Shown here: one piece after another, positions 16,588 through 26,016 of the stretch
Position numbering within the stretch: the stretch's first letter is position 1
How the letters are laid out: the number at the start of each line of letters is the position of its first letter
NCBI GenBank assembly: GCA_029564595.1
Contig: JAKQPS010000037.1
Span: forward strand, 72,731 to 136,730
From: a bacterium
Lineage (GTDB): Bacteria > UBP15 > UBA6099
Length of the DNA: 64,000 nt
Reading direction: 5' to 3'
Notes under the pieces: model-generated
The model's input: only the letters and a program-made list of their open reading frames with translations
What the model was told of the DNA's origin: nothing
Database searches by the model: none
Position numbers and translations under genes: made by a program

Positions 16588-19329
16588 ATGTCCGATAAAA
16601 AAATATATCTCGTGTGCGGATTCCATGTGAACTGCAACCATTCGTGGAGAGGAGACCGCAACGACAAGACCGGTTTCGGAACCGACCTGAAGATAATCCG
16701 CGAGATAATCAGGATACTGGACGAGGCTAACGAGCGCGGGCTGGACGCGCGGGGGACTTGGGACTTCGACCACTACTGGTCGCTCGAGAACATCATCCCG
16801 CGTTTCGCGCCGGACATAATCGAAGGCCTTGTTAGAAGGATCAAGCAGGGAAAGGACGAGGCTATCCTCGGATGCTGGAACAACGGCGACCTCGCTGCGT
16901 CCACCGTCGAGGAGTTCAGGGAAAGCCTGAAACGCACAATATCCAATTCCGCCGGCTCCGGCCTCGCGGACCTCTTCGGCGCGTATTCCCCGGTCGTCCG
17001 CACTCAGGAAACGATGTTCACGCACGGCGGCGTCGAGCTATACCTCGAACAGGGGGTCAAGGCCATCGCGCTTTATTACAGCGCCGTGCCGTTCGACTCG
17101 GTGCGCAACTTCATTCCGCGCCTGACGCCGAACGAGATGCACAACCCGCTCAGGTTCCACTCGACGGAATCGGACGCGGCCATGCTGATGATACCCATGT
17201 ACAATCAGGGCGACATAATGACCGCCGGGTCGCTTCGCAAGTGGGCGGCGGCGATACGGAAAAAACAAAAAAGCGGAGAGATCCCCGGCAACGCGTTGCT
17301 GTACATCAACATGGACGCCGACGCGGAGCTGTGGACGGGCATCGGACTGCCGAAAATCTTCGACCGGCTGCCTAACACGCGCGGGCTGGCGGAATTCATC
17401 GATACGGTCAACGACACTGAATATCTGGAGTTCGGCAAGCTCGGCGACTACATCGAGAACAACCCGCCTGTCGGCGACATCACCGTGCGGCAGGACCTCG
17501 CGGACGGCTCTTACTGCGGCTTCAACAGTTGGACGGAGAAGCTGGTCAATCAGGGCCTGTGGCGGCTGTCCGAGAAAGCAAGAAAACTCGAACGGACCGC
17601 CGACTTCCTTTCAGCCGCCGCGGCCCCGGACGCGCGCGCGGAAATCGAGCGACTCCTGCGCGGCCCCGGCGGCTCCTGCTTCGAAAACAAGCTATTGCTA
17701 TTAAGCACCACGCATTTCGGAATGAACTCCCCGGTGGTCCACCCGGACAGGGCGAGGGTGGCGTTTCATCTGGCGCGGAACATGCTGGAAACATCCTCCC
17801 GCGCGGCGGAGCTTGCTGCGGCGCAGTCCGGCGTCGAGCCTCTCTGCGGGGAGGACGGCGCGGAACTGTTCTGCTTCTCCGTCGTCAACCAGACTAAGTA
17901 CGGAGATCAGGCGGCGGTGGAGCGAGGCGCGCGCGTCCTCATGCGGGTTCCGTTCATGCCCGTGCGCCCGGCGGACCCGGCCCGGCTCGCCCTCAAGGAC
18001 TCCTCCGGCGCGGACGTTCCGTTCGACATCGACGACGCGAAGACGGACGCGGATGGCAATGTCGTCTCCGCCGTCCTGTGGTTCGCGCACACGGCGGACG
18101 GCTCGCTCTCTCAGGGATACGCCCTCGTGGAAACATCCGAGCCTGTCGCGCCGGCGGAATCGGTCAAAGCCTCCTCTGAGCTTCTCGACAACGGCCTCGT
18201 GTCAGTTAGGCTCGACCCTCGCGGAAGGATCGCCTCGTTCGCTTCCTCCGCCGGAGAATTCTCCGACGGGCAACTCATCTCCCTCGGCGCAACATACAGG
18301 GCCGAATCAAACAGGAAACATTACACGCCCCGCGCGTACAAAGCGGAATCCGCCCGCGTCGGCCCGGCCGGACGCCTCGGCTCGATCTCTCTGTCCTCAA
18401 AAACAGTCATCTTCTGCAAAGGAAAAAACTACACTGTCGAAGGCAGGCACGTCCTTCGCGTGTTCGACGGTTTCCCGCGTCTGTTCGTCGACGCCGACGC
18501 ATCCTTTCCTCAAACCCCCACGGAGTCGGAAGACATAAGCTCGTCGTCGCACACCGGAAAGAAATTCGACACGAGATGGTACGAGGTCATGCCCGCCGAG
18601 ATACGGCCCGCGCTGTTCAGCCCGCCCGGCGGGTTCCTCCGCGTGTGGAAACACAACTATAAAAACGTGACGAACAGCTACGATTTCGACTACGGCGCGA
18701 TAGACAAGGCGAACCGCGCGCCGGACGCCTGCAACAATCAGGTGACGGACGGATGGCTTGCAGTGTCGGACACGAAACGAGGCCTGCTCATAAGCGCCGA
18801 CGCCGGGGTCAACTCCTCGCCCGCTTACTGCCCGATGCGCGTGCGCGAATCAGGCGGCAGGCAACGCGCGTCTCTCAACCCGTTCGGCACGTACTTCGGC
18901 AAACAGTTCTCGCATTTGAACGAGGGATTCAATCTGGCGTACGAGATGACGATGGCGGTCGGCGCGCAGCACCGCCCGACCGCGCCCTCGTTCAACGGCG
19001 GCAGAGTGCGGATGAGCCTGATGCTGGCTCCTTACGAAGGGGACGCGCCGTCTCAAGCCTTGCGAACCGAAGCAGACCTCTTCAGCATGCCGCCCGCAGT
19101 CATCGTCCGCGACTCGCAGGGCAAACCTTCTATCCCGGATTCCGATATCGAGGCCGACCTCGCGCCGTGCCGCGCCGAACACGATCTGGACGCGTGCGCC
19201 GGATGGAAATATTCTGACTTCCTCGAATACGCGAACAAGGATTTCAATCCCGGCGCAAAAGCGGAAAAAGGCGCTTCCATCGCAACTTTCGTCAGGATGA
19301 TCGTAGAAGGAATAAGGATACGCTCTTAA
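16588..19329 (+). CDS. Large glycoside-hydrolase-like protein (GH38/GH57-type N-terminal domain suspected)
   Basis: Start at ATG 16588 with AAGGAG 7 nt upstream. N-terminus KIYLVCGFHVNCNHSW resembles the hvV.HSH.D.gW opening of the GH38/57 catalytic domain. 913 aa. Confidence 0.45.
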   Translation: MSDKKIYLVCGFHVNCNHSWRGDRNDKTGFGTDLKIIREIIRILDEANERGLDARGTWDFDHYWSLENIIPRFAPDIIEGLVRRIKQGKDEAILGCWNNGDLAASTVEEFRESLKRTISNSAGSGLADLFGAYSPVVRTQETMFTHGGVELYLEQGVKAIALYYSAVPFDSVRNFIPRLTPNEMHNPLRFHSTESDAAMLMIPMYNQGDIMTAGSLRKWAAAIRKKQKSGEIPGNALLYINMDADAELWTGIGLPKIFDRLPNTRGLAEFIDTVNDTEYLEFGKLGDYIENNPPVGDITVRQDLADGSYCGFNSWTEKLVNQGLWRLSEKARKLERTADFLSAAAAPDARAEIERLLRGPGGSCFENKLLLLSTTHFGMNSPVVHPDRARVAFHLARNMLETSSRAAELAAAQSGVEPLCGEDGAELFCFSVVNQTKYGDQAAVERGARVLMRVPFMPVRPADPARLALKDSSGADVPFDIDDAKTDADGNVVSAVLWFAHTADGSLSQGYALVETSEPVAPAESVKASSELLDNGLVSVRLDPRGRIASFASSAGEFSDGQLISLGATYRAESNRKHYTPRAYKAESARVGPAGRLGSISLSSKTVIFCKGKNYTVEGRHVLRVFDGFPRLFVDADASFPQTPTESEDISSSSHTGKKFDTRWYEVMPAEIRPALFSPPGGFLRVWKHNYKNVTNSYDFDYGAIDKANRAPDACNNQVTDGWLAVSDTKRGLLISADAGVNSSPAYCPMRVRESGGRQRASLNPFGTYFGKQFSHLNEGFNLAYEMTMAVGAQHRPTAPSFNGGRVRMSLMLAPYEGDAPSQALRTEADLFSMPPAVIVRDSQGKPSIPDSDIEADLAPCRAEHDLDACAGWKYSDFLEYANKDFNPGAKAEKGASIATFVRMIVEGIRIRS

Positions 19330-19413
19330 CGCGCTCCGGCGGCGGCGTATCATGAATTCATTTCCGCTGAATCGCGGCATATTGTTAATTAGAAACAGGA
19401 AGAGGCGAAACCT

Positions 19414-19635
19414 ATGCCGTACTACGATTACTGTTGCGAGAAATGCGGGAAAGAATTCGAGATTTTCGCCGGGATAAACGATCCCCGCGACGACGTGCGC
19501 TGCGAAGCCTGCGGCGGAGTCTCGCGCAGGTTGTTCGACACTATTGTCACAGCAAAAAAGAGCGGTTCCGGAGGCCCTTCTTCAGCCTCGTCATGCTCGA
19601 CGTGTTCGACCCGGAATTGTTCGAGTTGCGGATGA
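19414..19635 (+). CDS. FmdB-family zinc-ribbon protein (second paralog) with Ser/Cys-rich tail
   Basis: MPYYDYCCEKCGKEFE...RCEACGG is the same CxxC...CxxC architecture as 2185-2439. Tail SGGPSSASSCSTCSTRNCSSCG. GGAAGAGG RBS. Confidence 0.7.
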   Translation: MPYYDYCCEKCGKEFEIFAGINDPRDDVRCEACGGVSRRLFDTIVTAKKSGSGGPSSASSCSTCSTRNCSSCG

Positions 19636-19646
19636 CGGGCGCGCAA

Positions 19647-20207
19647 TCAGTCTTTCAACTGCCGCACCGCCTCCGTTATTTCTCCGAGGTTCTGAGGATA
19701 TCTGTAAAGCTGGGTTGATTTTTCAAGATCAATTTTCTCTATGTCAATAGATTCATCGGACATGAAAAAAGCCAGAACATTAATCCCGCGGGTTTTCTCG
19801 TTCCGCTCTATGGCTTCGGACACCAGAGAAGTTTTTATGCCATCGATGCCCGCGTTCCAGATCATCGCCGACGGACGGTTCTCCGGGAGCGCCAGAAGCG
19901 CGTCCACCCCGCACCCGAACTGGCAGACGTCCACCTTGCACTCCGAGCATATTTCCTCGGACATCCGCCCCCGCACTTTTTCGTCGGGGTGGACTATGAA
20001 TATCATTTTTTTCGCCGTCGCAAGCTCTTCAGGCACGGGGATGTTTCTATCGCGCAACGCTCTTACAAGCTCATCCGACTTGATTCTATAGTGGCCGCCG
20101 ATGGTGCGGAAAGACGGAATCTTTCCCTCGCGCACCCAGTTCTTCATGGTGTTCGCGTGCAAGCCGAGCAATCGCGCGACTTCCGTTGTCGTATAGAAAT
20201 CTTTCAT
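19647..20207 (-). CDS. Excisionase/MerR-type HTH (HTH_17-like) DNA-binding protein with C-terminal receiver-like domain
   Basis: N-terminus YTTTEVARLLGLHANTMKNWVREGKIPSFRTIGGHYRI matches the helix-turn-helix of the excisionase family. C-terminal half resembles a degenerate CheY-like fold. Confidence 0.6.
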   Translation of the reverse strand: MKDFYTTTEVARLLGLHANTMKNWVREGKIPSFRTIGGHYRIKSDELVRALRDRNIPVPEELATAKKMIFIVHPDEKVRGRMSEEICSECKVDVCQFGCGVDALLALPENRPSAMIWNAGIDGIKTSLVSEAIERNEKTRGINVLAFFMSDESIDIEKIDLEKSTQLYRYPQNLGEITEAVRQLKD

Positions 20208-20379
20208 GGCGGCTGTTCCCTCGTTTTTTATCGCATGTCTGTCACAGAGTAATTATGCGGACATTTTATATAACAAATAATCCATAGTAAAGTGTTTCCG
20301 CGAAAAAATTTCTCTGTCGCGCAATGGAACCGGCCGCTCCTTTGTCGCGCTTCTTCCGCCTTCCCTGCCGTCCAATCTC

Positions 20380-20408
20380 TTGACAGGGGGCTTGGCATAA
20401 AGTACAAT
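20380..20408 (+). promoter_or_regulatory. Sigma70-type promoter: TTGACA-N17-TACAAT
   Basis: TTGACA 20380-20385, 17-nt spacer, TACAAT 20403-20408. GGGGGAG RBS precedes the ATG at 20454. Confidence 0.6.
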
Positions 20409-20453
20409 CACCTAACAATAATCGAGTGGAAATTGTTTCAGGGGGAGAAAAAA

Positions 20454-20792
20454 ATGGCAGAAGTCGAAAGACCGGAAGTCAAGGAGAAGAAGAAGGGTCG
20501 CAACTGGGTCGCTCCAGTCATCGGATTCGCCGCCGGTTCAGTCGTCGGCGCGGTGACGGCTCTGTTGTACGCCCCGCAATCCGGCAAGGAAACGCGCGAG
20601 AAGATCAAAGAACGCGTCTCCGAAGTGTCCGACAAGGCTGGCGCGCTCATCGAACAGTCCCGCGAGGCTATCGAGGACGCCAAAGAGAAAATGACTCACG
20701 CGTACGAAGACGCGGTCGACCGCACTTCGTCCGTCATCTCTCAGGCCAAGGAAAAACTCGGAACTAAGAAAAAAGACCTGCCCGAAGAGTGA
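20454..20792 (+). CDS. YtxH-domain (DUF948-like) membrane-anchored protein
   Basis: GFAAGSVVGAVTALLYAPQSGKETREKIKE matches the YtxH N-terminal signature. Start at ATG 20454; the track ORF begins at 20292. Confidence 0.65.
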   Translation: MAEVERPEVKEKKKGRNWVAPVIGFAAGSVVGAVTALLYAPQSGKETREKIKERVSEVSDKAGALIEQSREAIEDAKEKMTHAYEDAVDRTSSVISQAKEKLGTKKKDLPEE

Positions 20793-20816
20793 TCTCGTTT
20801 TCTATCAACAGCTAGT

Positions 20817-20850
20817 CCGGCCGGCCCCAAAGGCCGGCTTTTTCTTTTTG
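20817..20850 (+). terminator. Rho-independent terminator
   Basis: GCCGGCC-CCAAA-GGCCGGC hairpin followed by TTTTTCTTTTTGGTTTTTTT. Confidence 0.8.
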
Positions 20851-20914
20851 GTTTTTTTGTCCGTTTGCTGTCGCTGTTCTTGTTCGACCCCCGCTTCGAG
20901 CTTCCGTCTGAGTG

Positions 20915-20943
20915 TTGTCCGCGCTCCGCGACGCGGGTATAAT
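20915..20943 (+). promoter_or_regulatory. Sigma70-type promoter: TTGTCC-N17-TATAAT
   Basis: TTGTCC 20915-20920, 17-nt spacer, TATAAT 20938-20943. About 75 nt upstream of the ATG at 21021. Confidence 0.55.
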
Positions 20944-21020
20944 GTACGTGAAATTTCCGCCCTCGCGCCGGCAGTCCGCATTTCCGCCGCGCGGCGGCGA
21001 ATCCCGGAGATGTTGCGCAT

Positions 21021-21440
21021 ATGACAGTCTCAATGAAAAGAATCCGCAAAGACCTCCGGGAACTCGTTGAAATCGATTCGCTTTTGAAAAAACTGGAAGC
21101 GCTTGAGAAGGAAAACCTAAAAACTTCCGCGCAGGTGAAAGAGTTAAAAAAAGAGGTGGCCGCTCTGCGGACAAAGGTGTCGGAGTTGACAGCCGAGCCT
21201 GCCGCGCCGAAGAGAACCCGCCTCGTGGACGCCATTGAAGCGATAGCGTCGGGTTTCGGCCGCCCCTTCAAAGTGATTGAAATCCGGGAGGCTCTCTCCG
21301 GCGACAAACGGTTCAAATCATCGGACGGCAACTTCTATTCCGTCATCGCCACCGCCATGAACAACAGCGGAAAATTCCGCAAGCTTTCTCCCGGCGTCTA
21401 CGAGTATGCCGGTTACGACGCGCCCGACCGCGCGCGGTAG
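21021..21440 (+). CDS. Coiled-coil protein with C-terminal HARE-HTH-like winged helix
   Basis: N-terminal heptad-rich segment (LEALEKENLKTSAQVKELKKEVAALRTKVSEL). C-terminus GRPFKVIEIREAL...FYSVIATAMNNSGKFRKLSPGVYEY resembles the HARE-HTH (RpoE-delta type). Confidence 0.5.
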   Translation: MTVSMKRIRKDLRELVEIDSLLKKLEALEKENLKTSAQVKELKKEVAALRTKVSELTAEPAAPKRTRLVDAIEAIASGFGRPFKVIEIREALSGDKRFKSSDGNFYSVIATAMNNSGKFRKLSPGVYEYAGYDAPDRAR

Positions 21441-21480
21441 CGGCGACGGGACGCGCCCGCTCCTGAAGGGAACTCCGACC

Positions 21481-22155
21481 ATGGATTGCAGAATAAAAAT
21501 CTGCGGCGTCACGCGCGAGGAGGACGTCGCGCTCGTTTCGGCGTCCGGAGCGGACTATATCGGACTGCTGGTGAACATGCCGTCGGCGCGCACGCTAACC
21601 CCGGAGCGCGCGGTCGAACTTGCGGCGCTGTCCGGCATCCCCGCGATTCTTCTGTTCATGGGATCTCCGGCGGAGCTTGTGGCTGAAACGGCGCGCGCCG
21701 CCCGCGCCGCGGGCGTCCAGATTCAGGGCGACGAGACGCCCGAATTCATCGCCTCCATCAGGCCTCTGCTCGACTGCGAAATCTGGAAAGGGATACATCT
21801 TCCCGCCGCAGGCAGCGGCGATTGCGACGAGCGCGCCGCGCTCGACCTTATGCGCCTCCACGCCGCCGCCGGGGCGGACAGGTTGCTAATTGACACCGTG
21901 TCCGTAGAGGGCGGCAAGCGGCGCATGGGCGGCACGGGCCGCGTCTACGACTGGGACGCCGCCGCCCGCATTGCCTCTCTTTCCCCTCGGCCCGTCTTCA
22001 TGGCGGGCGGCCTCAACCCGGACAACGTGGCGGACGCCATCCGCCGCGTCAGACCTTTCGGCGTCGACCTCGCAGGCGGCGTCGAATCCGCTCCCGGCAT
22101 TAAAGACCCCGCAAAAGTCGCCGCCTTCGTCCGCGCCGTCCGTTCTGATGTTTAA
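21481..22155 (+). CDS. trpF: Phosphoribosylanthranilate isomerase
   Basis: MDCRIKICGVTREEDV...; (beta/alpha)8 TrpF signatures. Start at ATG 21481; the track ORF begins at 21406. Confidence 0.8.
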   Translation: MDCRIKICGVTREEDVALVSASGADYIGLLVNMPSARTLTPERAVELAALSGIPAILLFMGSPAELVAETARAARAAGVQIQGDETPEFIASIRPLLDCEIWKGIHLPAAGSGDCDERAALDLMRLHAAAGADRLLIDTVSVEGGKRRMGGTGRVYDWDAAARIASLSPRPVFMAGGLNPDNVADAIRRVRPFGVDLAGGVESAPGIKDPAKVAAFVRAVRSDV

Positions 22156-22196
22156 CTCCGCGGTTTAGCGCCTAAGGCGTTTTTAAGGCGTGTCGA

Positions 22197-22460
22197 TTAA
22201 GAGAAAACTTTTTCAATAGTTTTCCCTTAAAGTCCCTTTCAAAACATTTCGATGAGCGCGGCGGAGCGGGCGCGTTCGCGCCTTCGCACCGCCGCGCTCA
22301 TGTGAAAAGATATTGGGAAAGAGTTTTCAGTGGAATCCTATTATAAAATGATTTACATGGGGCGTCGGGAGGGAAGCGCGAAAGCGATTCGCTCCCGACG
22401 ACCATTGAAACGTTTTGAAGAGATTCCAAAGAGAAACTTTTTCCAAAGTTTCTCTTTGGC
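22197..22460 (+). repeat. Copy C of family-1 multi-hairpin MITE-like element
   Basis: TTAAGAGAAAACTTTTTCAATAGTTTTCCCTTAA ... AGAGAAACTTTTTCCAAAGTTTCTCTTTGGCC. Collinear with copy A, minus A's internal insertion. Confidence 0.8.
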
Positions 22461-22488
22461 CGCCGGAGGCGCGTTGCCGCTGTGTCCT

Positions 22489-22530
22489 AAAAAAAAAGCC
22501 GGAGGGAATGCCTCCGGCCTTTTTCGTTCT
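22489..22530. terminator. Bidirectional rho-independent terminator
   Basis: A-tract, GCCGGAGG-GAATG-CCTCCGGC hairpin, then CTTTTTCGTTCTTTTTTTT. Sits between convergent trpF and the SCP2-like gene. Confidence 0.8.
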
Positions 22531-22548
22531 TTTTTTTGCAGTGACGGA

Positions 22549-22929
22549 TTAGCTGAGAGCTTTTTCCAGAGCCGCTTCGCCAAGCTCGAAAATCTGGAAC
22601 CATTTTTCGGCTCCGGCCGGGTTGGTGGTGTAGATTGAGCCGTCGAACATGAAGCGCATGGCGGCTTCGAGGCCGTCGACCTGCATCGCCTTCATTGTTT
22701 CGACTCCGCCTTTTTTGATGTGGAACAGAACGGCGTCATCCTCGCCGCTTTCTCCGTCGCGCACTTCAACGCTGCCGTTGTCGAACACGATGCCGCATTT
22801 AAGCGCTTCGTTTCCGGCTTCGTCGAAAACCGTCACGTCGAACGAATATTTTCCTTCGACGTCTTTCTTCGCGATCTTGCAAAGGCCCTTCACCAGATCT
22901 TCCATCTTTACATTGCTCAAGTCTGCCAT
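22549..22929 (-). CDS. SCP2 sterol-carrier-like domain protein
   Basis: ~127 aa with SCP2-like pattern (glycine-rich beta hairpins, C-terminal amphipathic helix). Start at MADLSN. Confidence 0.5.
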   Translation of the reverse strand: MADLSNVKMEDLVKGLCKIAKKDVEGKYSFDVTVFDEAGNEALKCGIVFDNGSVEVRDGESGEDDAVLFHIKKGGVETMKAMQVDGLEAAMRFMFDGSIYTTNPAGAEKWFQIFELGEAALEKALS

Positions 22930-23151
22930 AAGATTGCCTCCCAAATATTTTTTCGGATTTAACCGATCTTAACCAAAAGATTTTTAAGGAACCCGCGCAA
23001 AACACAAACGCGAACAAGGTCAATTATTCTCAAAACAGACATTTAGTTCAATAGTTTGTGAAAAAATGCATTTGTGGGGATTTTAAGGAAAATGAACGAG
23101 GATTTTTAAAAGTTGCTATTCGGTTGCCGGACGGAAAATTTCAAAGAAAGC

Positions 23152-23206
23152 TTGAAAAGGAAGAAAAAGAGGGTATAATAAAGATGGGTCAACCAACCGG
23201 TTGGTT
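23152..23206 (+). promoter_or_regulatory. Promoter (TTGAAA-N16-TATAAT) with a perfect 16-bp palindrome operator just downstream, upstream of the acyl-CoA ligase gene
   Basis: TTGAAA 23152-23157 and TATAAT 23174-23179. AACCAACCGGTTGGTT perfect palindrome at 23191-23206, at or near the predicted +1. Confidence 0.5.
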
Positions 23207-23509
23207 AAGTCGGCTGGAAACCCAGCGAGGCGTCATGTTACACTCTCGATGCCGACATCAGAAACACCACTGCTCCCACCCTGAATGTAAGTTAATGAAG
23301 ATATTACGCAAAAACAAAACAAGAACGTGCGAAAGGAATATTTGTAATCGACTGTGAATTGAGTCACGGCAAAAGAGCGGCAATTGGTCATTTCGGGCTG
23401 ACGGAAGGTTCGCCTCGATTTAAGAGGCGGGCGTCAGATCCGATATATTCCCGGACTCATGGGCGGAACGCTAAAACAAGAGCCGGGGTCATCGAAAGGA
23501 GAGCGCATC

Positions 23510-25327
23510 ATGCCGACTATCGCAAAGACCGCTGTGAACGCGGCGACGCTGACGGAGCTTATCCGCGCGGCCGCCGAGGAGTACCGCCTGAAGACTTTTC
23601 AGGTGTTCAAGGACGAGACGAAAGCGCCCGGGAAGTACGGCAGGGCTAGGACATACGAGCAGTTTTACCGCCGGGCGCGGGAGGTGGCGTGCGGGTTGCT
23701 CGCGGACGGATTGCGGCCCGGCGGGGTGGTGTGCCTGATGTCGGAGAACCGCCCGGACTGGAACGTGGCAGACTTCGCGATTCTTATGAACGGATGCGCC
23801 ACCGCGGGCATATACACAAACGACACTGCGGAGCATATTAAGTATAAGTTGAACGACACGGGAGCGCGAGCGATTTTCGTAGAGGACGCGAAGTTGCTCA
23901 AGAAGCTCGAAACCATATCCCCGAAGGAGACGCCGGCGCTGGAACGGGTGTATCTGATGGATTCGAGGGGAGTGGACATCGGGTATGACGAAAGGATAGT
24001 TCTGTTTGACGCGTTGAGAAGGGCGGGAGCGGACGCGGAGGTTGAAGCGGGAGCGGAACTGGACGCGAGGGCGGCGGCGGCGGTTCCTTCGGACTTGGCC
24101 CGTCTTGTTTACACTTCCGGCACGAGCGGCAATCCCAAGGGCGTGATGCTTACTCACGCCAATCTTTTGAGCAACGCCGCCTGCGCGGGTTCCCGGCTGG
24201 GATACGGCGCGGAGGACGACCTGCTAATCAACTATCTTCCCGAATCGCACATCTTCCAGACGTTCCTCACGCTGGCAGCGATGATGTCCGGCGCGGCGGT
24301 GGGGTATTCTTTCCGCAAGACGCTGACGTTCGATCTGCCGGAGCTGAGGCCGACGCATTTTCCGGGCGTGCAGAGGGTGTGGGCGAAAATAAAGGAAGGA
24401 CTCGAGGCGTTCCGCGCGCAGGAGGTCGGGCCGAAGCTTCCGGCTGCAGACCTGTTGCGCAAGTTCGGAATGGATCGCGTCAAGTGGTTTCTCTCCGGCG
24501 CGGTAAAGCTGGACGAGTTCACATATGATTTCTTCAAGAGCGAGCTGGGCGTTACCATCTTCGAGGGGTACGGGTTGAGCGAGACGTCGCCTGTGATCGG
24601 GCTGGGGTCGGCCTCCGCGAACAAGCGGGGCAGCGTCGGGCTTCCTCTGGAAAACCTCGAAGTCAGGATAGTGGACGAAGGGCGCAACGAGATCGAGCGG
24701 GGGCATCCGGGCGAGATAGCGGTTCGCGGGCCGAGCGTGTTTGTCGGATATCTGAATCACGACGAGAAATTCCGAGAGGTGGTGGACGCTCGCGGCTGGT
24801 TCTACACCGGCGACAGGGGATACTTGGACGAGGACGGGTTCCTTTTTGTTCTCGGTCGCGCCGGACACTGCGTTAAGTTCTCCGACGGCGAGCATCATGA
24901 CCTCGAAGCCATCGGCTTCAGGGTTCTGGGATACACCAAGATCCTCAGGCAGATAGCCGTGAACGGCGAGGGCAGGGACTACCCGGTGGCCATACTGACG
25001 CTGCCGGAGGACGAAGACGACCTGCGCCGCGTTGCCAAGCAGTTGGGCGTCGAGTACGCGAACCGGATTGATTTCGCCTATCACCCGGCGGTGACTGCGG
25101 CATGCCGGGCCGATTTCGAGTCGGGCCTCGCGGAGTTTTTAGCAAAGGAGAAGGTCCCGGCGGTGGAAGTCGTTCGCAAGGCGCTTTACATCCGCCCGTT
25201 CTCGGAGGAGCACGGCGAAAAAACGCCGACTTCGAAACTGAAATTGAGCGGCGTGCTCGCCAAATATAAGAAGCAGATAGACGCGCTGTACGAATCGGAC
25301 GAAACGTTCATGATTCATAAACCGTAA
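23510..25327 (+). CDS. Long-chain-fatty-acid--CoA ligase (AMP-binding enzyme, FadD-like)
   Basis: YTSGTSGNPKGVMLTHANL AMP-binding motif, YGLSETSP, and GDRGYLDEDGFLFVLGR. Start at ATG 23510 with AAGGAGAG RBS. Confidence 0.8.
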   Translation: MPTIAKTAVNAATLTELIRAAAEEYRLKTFQVFKDETKAPGKYGRARTYEQFYRRAREVACGLLADGLRPGGVVCLMSENRPDWNVADFAILMNGCATAGIYTNDTAEHIKYKLNDTGARAIFVEDAKLLKKLETISPKETPALERVYLMDSRGVDIGYDERIVLFDALRRAGADAEVEAGAELDARAAAAVPSDLARLVYTSGTSGNPKGVMLTHANLLSNAACAGSRLGYGAEDDLLINYLPESHIFQTFLTLAAMMSGAAVGYSFRKTLTFDLPELRPTHFPGVQRVWAKIKEGLEAFRAQEVGPKLPAADLLRKFGMDRVKWFLSGAVKLDEFTYDFFKSELGVTIFEGYGLSETSPVIGLGSASANKRGSVGLPLENLEVRIVDEGRNEIERGHPGEIAVRGPSVFVGYLNHDEKFREVVDARGWFYTGDRGYLDEDGFLFVLGRAGHCVKFSDGEHHDLEAIGFRVLGYTKILRQIAVNGEGRDYPVAILTLPEDEDDLRRVAKQLGVEYANRIDFAYHPAVTAACRADFESGLAEFLAKEKVPAVEVVRKALYIRPFSEEHGEKTPTSKLKLSGVLAKYKKQIDALYESDETFMIHKP

Positions 25328-25425
25328 CACGAAGGAAGAAGAGAGCAAAAGAGGCGAACGCGAAAATCCGCATTAGCGAATAATGCGGATTATATCGCCG
25401 CATGAATGGCTTTTTTTATAAAGCT

Positions 25426-25493
25426 GCGGGGCAATTGTTTTTGTAAAAAATGGTTTCCCCGCAAAAATGCGAACAAATTCATTTAGCGAAAGC
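25426..25493 (+). repeat. Family-2 palindromic repeat, copy 1 (partly degenerate)
   Basis: GCGGGGCAATTGTTTTTGTAAAAAATGGTTTCCCCGC + AAAAATGCGAACAAATTCATTTAGCGA. Shares the right half and tail with copy 2. Confidence 0.7.
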
Positions 25494-25533
25494 ATATCCA
25501 TCGCATTTGTGGACTTGCAGCCGGCATCGCCTG

Positions 25534-26016
25534 TCAGAACCCGATTTCTTTTAGAATTCCGGAAAGCCTGCGCAGTCTCTCGCTTATTATCTCGTCGTCA
25601 TTGCCGAGAGCTTGTTGAAAAAGCTTGATATCCTCGTCAATTTTGGGATTCTCCACACATACCGCCATAGTCATCGCGTCGCCCTGCAATGCTATCCTGT
25701 CTATGATCGGGTTGTCGGCGTCATATAGTTTTTCAAAACGATATCCCTCATTGGCAAAATACTGTTTAGTCCTGCAAACAAGAATCGCAAGGTCGAGAAT
25801 CCGGTGGATGGGCAACTCTTCCGATTGCCTAGACCACTTTTCGCCCGTATGCCTCCACACCTTTGCGGAAATATCCACTTTGCCTCTATCATTCCATTGC
25901 GCCAAACCTAATGAAATGCCTTGAGCGTCCGTATCATAAGCATATCTCCCGTCGATATTTCCATAATTGTCGGAGACGATAACAGGTTTGTGTTTTAATT
26001 CTACAGGTATTTTCAT
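25534..26016 (-). CDS. Hypothetical protein on an AT-rich cassette
   Basis: 160 aa. Markedly AT-richer than its surroundings. Own TTGACA-N17-TAGCAT promoter (complement of 26088-26093 / 26065-26070). Flanked by family-2 repeats. Confidence 0.6.
   Translation of the reverse strand: MKIPVELKHKPVIVSDNYGNIDGRYAYDTDAQGISLGLAQWNDRGKVDISAKVWRHTGEKWSRQSEELPIHRILDLAILVCRTKQYFANEGYRFEKLYDADNPIIDRIALQGDAMTMAVCVENPKIDEDIKLFQQALGNDDEIISERLRRLSGILKEIGF

Noticed and set aside
23058-23357. 99-aa ORF in the AT-rich region upstream of the acyl-CoA ligase
   Set aside because: It spans the predicted promoter and palindromic operator, has no RBS, and its composition looks like translated non-coding AT-rich DNA.
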